Positions 63,647 to 64,000 of a stretch of 64,000 bases of DNA are shown here, in pieces. Every line of letters begins with the position of its first letter. Within the stretch, counting starts at the first letter, position 1. Where the stretch lies: assembly GCF_001194135.2 (NCBI RefSeq), contig NC_068993.1:55635781-55699780 (forward strand). The letters run 5' to 3'. The DNA is from Octopus bimaculoides (Eukaryota). The notes under the pieces were generated by a model. That model did no database searches, was not told where the DNA came from, and saw only the letters and a list, made by a program, of their open reading frames with translations. The translations under genes were made by a program, and so were the position numbers.

Positions 63647-64000
63647 CAGATAAAGCAATTAAGAGTATGAAGACCGGGAAAGCCCCCGGCCCATCAGGAA
63701 TCACTGCAGAGATGCTCAAAATATCTGGCAGTGTTGGCTATAGCCTAGTCACCCGTATTACGAACCAGGTGATACACGAAGGAGTCATACCCTATGACTG
63801 GTGTAGCAGCATCATAGTCAACTGCTACAAAGGTAAAGGGGACGCTTTAGATACAAATAATTACAGAGGCATCAAGCTGTTAGATCAGGTTATGAAAGTT
63901 ACAGAGAGGGTCATAGCCCAACTAATTAGGGAGCGAATCAATTTAGATGAGATGCAGTTTGGGTTCGTGCCAGGTAAAAGCACTACTGATGCCTTATTTC
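63647..64000 (+). mobile_element. Young RTE-clade LINE reverse transcriptase, open to the window end
   Basis: Uninterrupted DKAIKSMKTGKAPGPSGITAEML...DWCSSIIVNCYKGKGDALDTNNYRGIKLLDQVMKVTERVI...DEMQFGFVPGKSTTDALF. Confidence 0.92.

Overview
AT-rich, microsatellite- and SINE-dense eukaryotic scaffold with N gaps. The repeat families resemble octopus/cephalopod repeats, so the taxon is an inference. Splice sites and phases reconstruct three intron-split genes that the ORF track mostly misses. (1) The last exons of a SMARCA2/4 (brahma) chromatin-remodeller gene on + (525-5603). (2) A complete 6-exon, 110-aa FKBP12-type prolyl isomerase gene on + (14237-26921), with a 23-nt microexon and a U12-type AT-AC last intron. 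(3) Twelve exons of a CABLES cyclin-fold gene on - (55838 down to 36536; its 5' end was not found in the window), tail-to-tail with FKBP12. Between exons lie RTE, Tx1/L1-like and Penelope-like retroelement fragments, tRNA-derived SINEs, and mariner-, hAT- and piggyBac-type MITEs. The most notable non-obvious signals are a type I hammerhead ribozyme fold at 36930-37002, the AT-AC minor intron, an orphan in-phase CABLES exon that would delete the cyclin fold, and a candidate divergent transcript from the FKBP12 promoter. Repeat boundaries are approximate. All protein identifications come from remembered motifs, not database searches.
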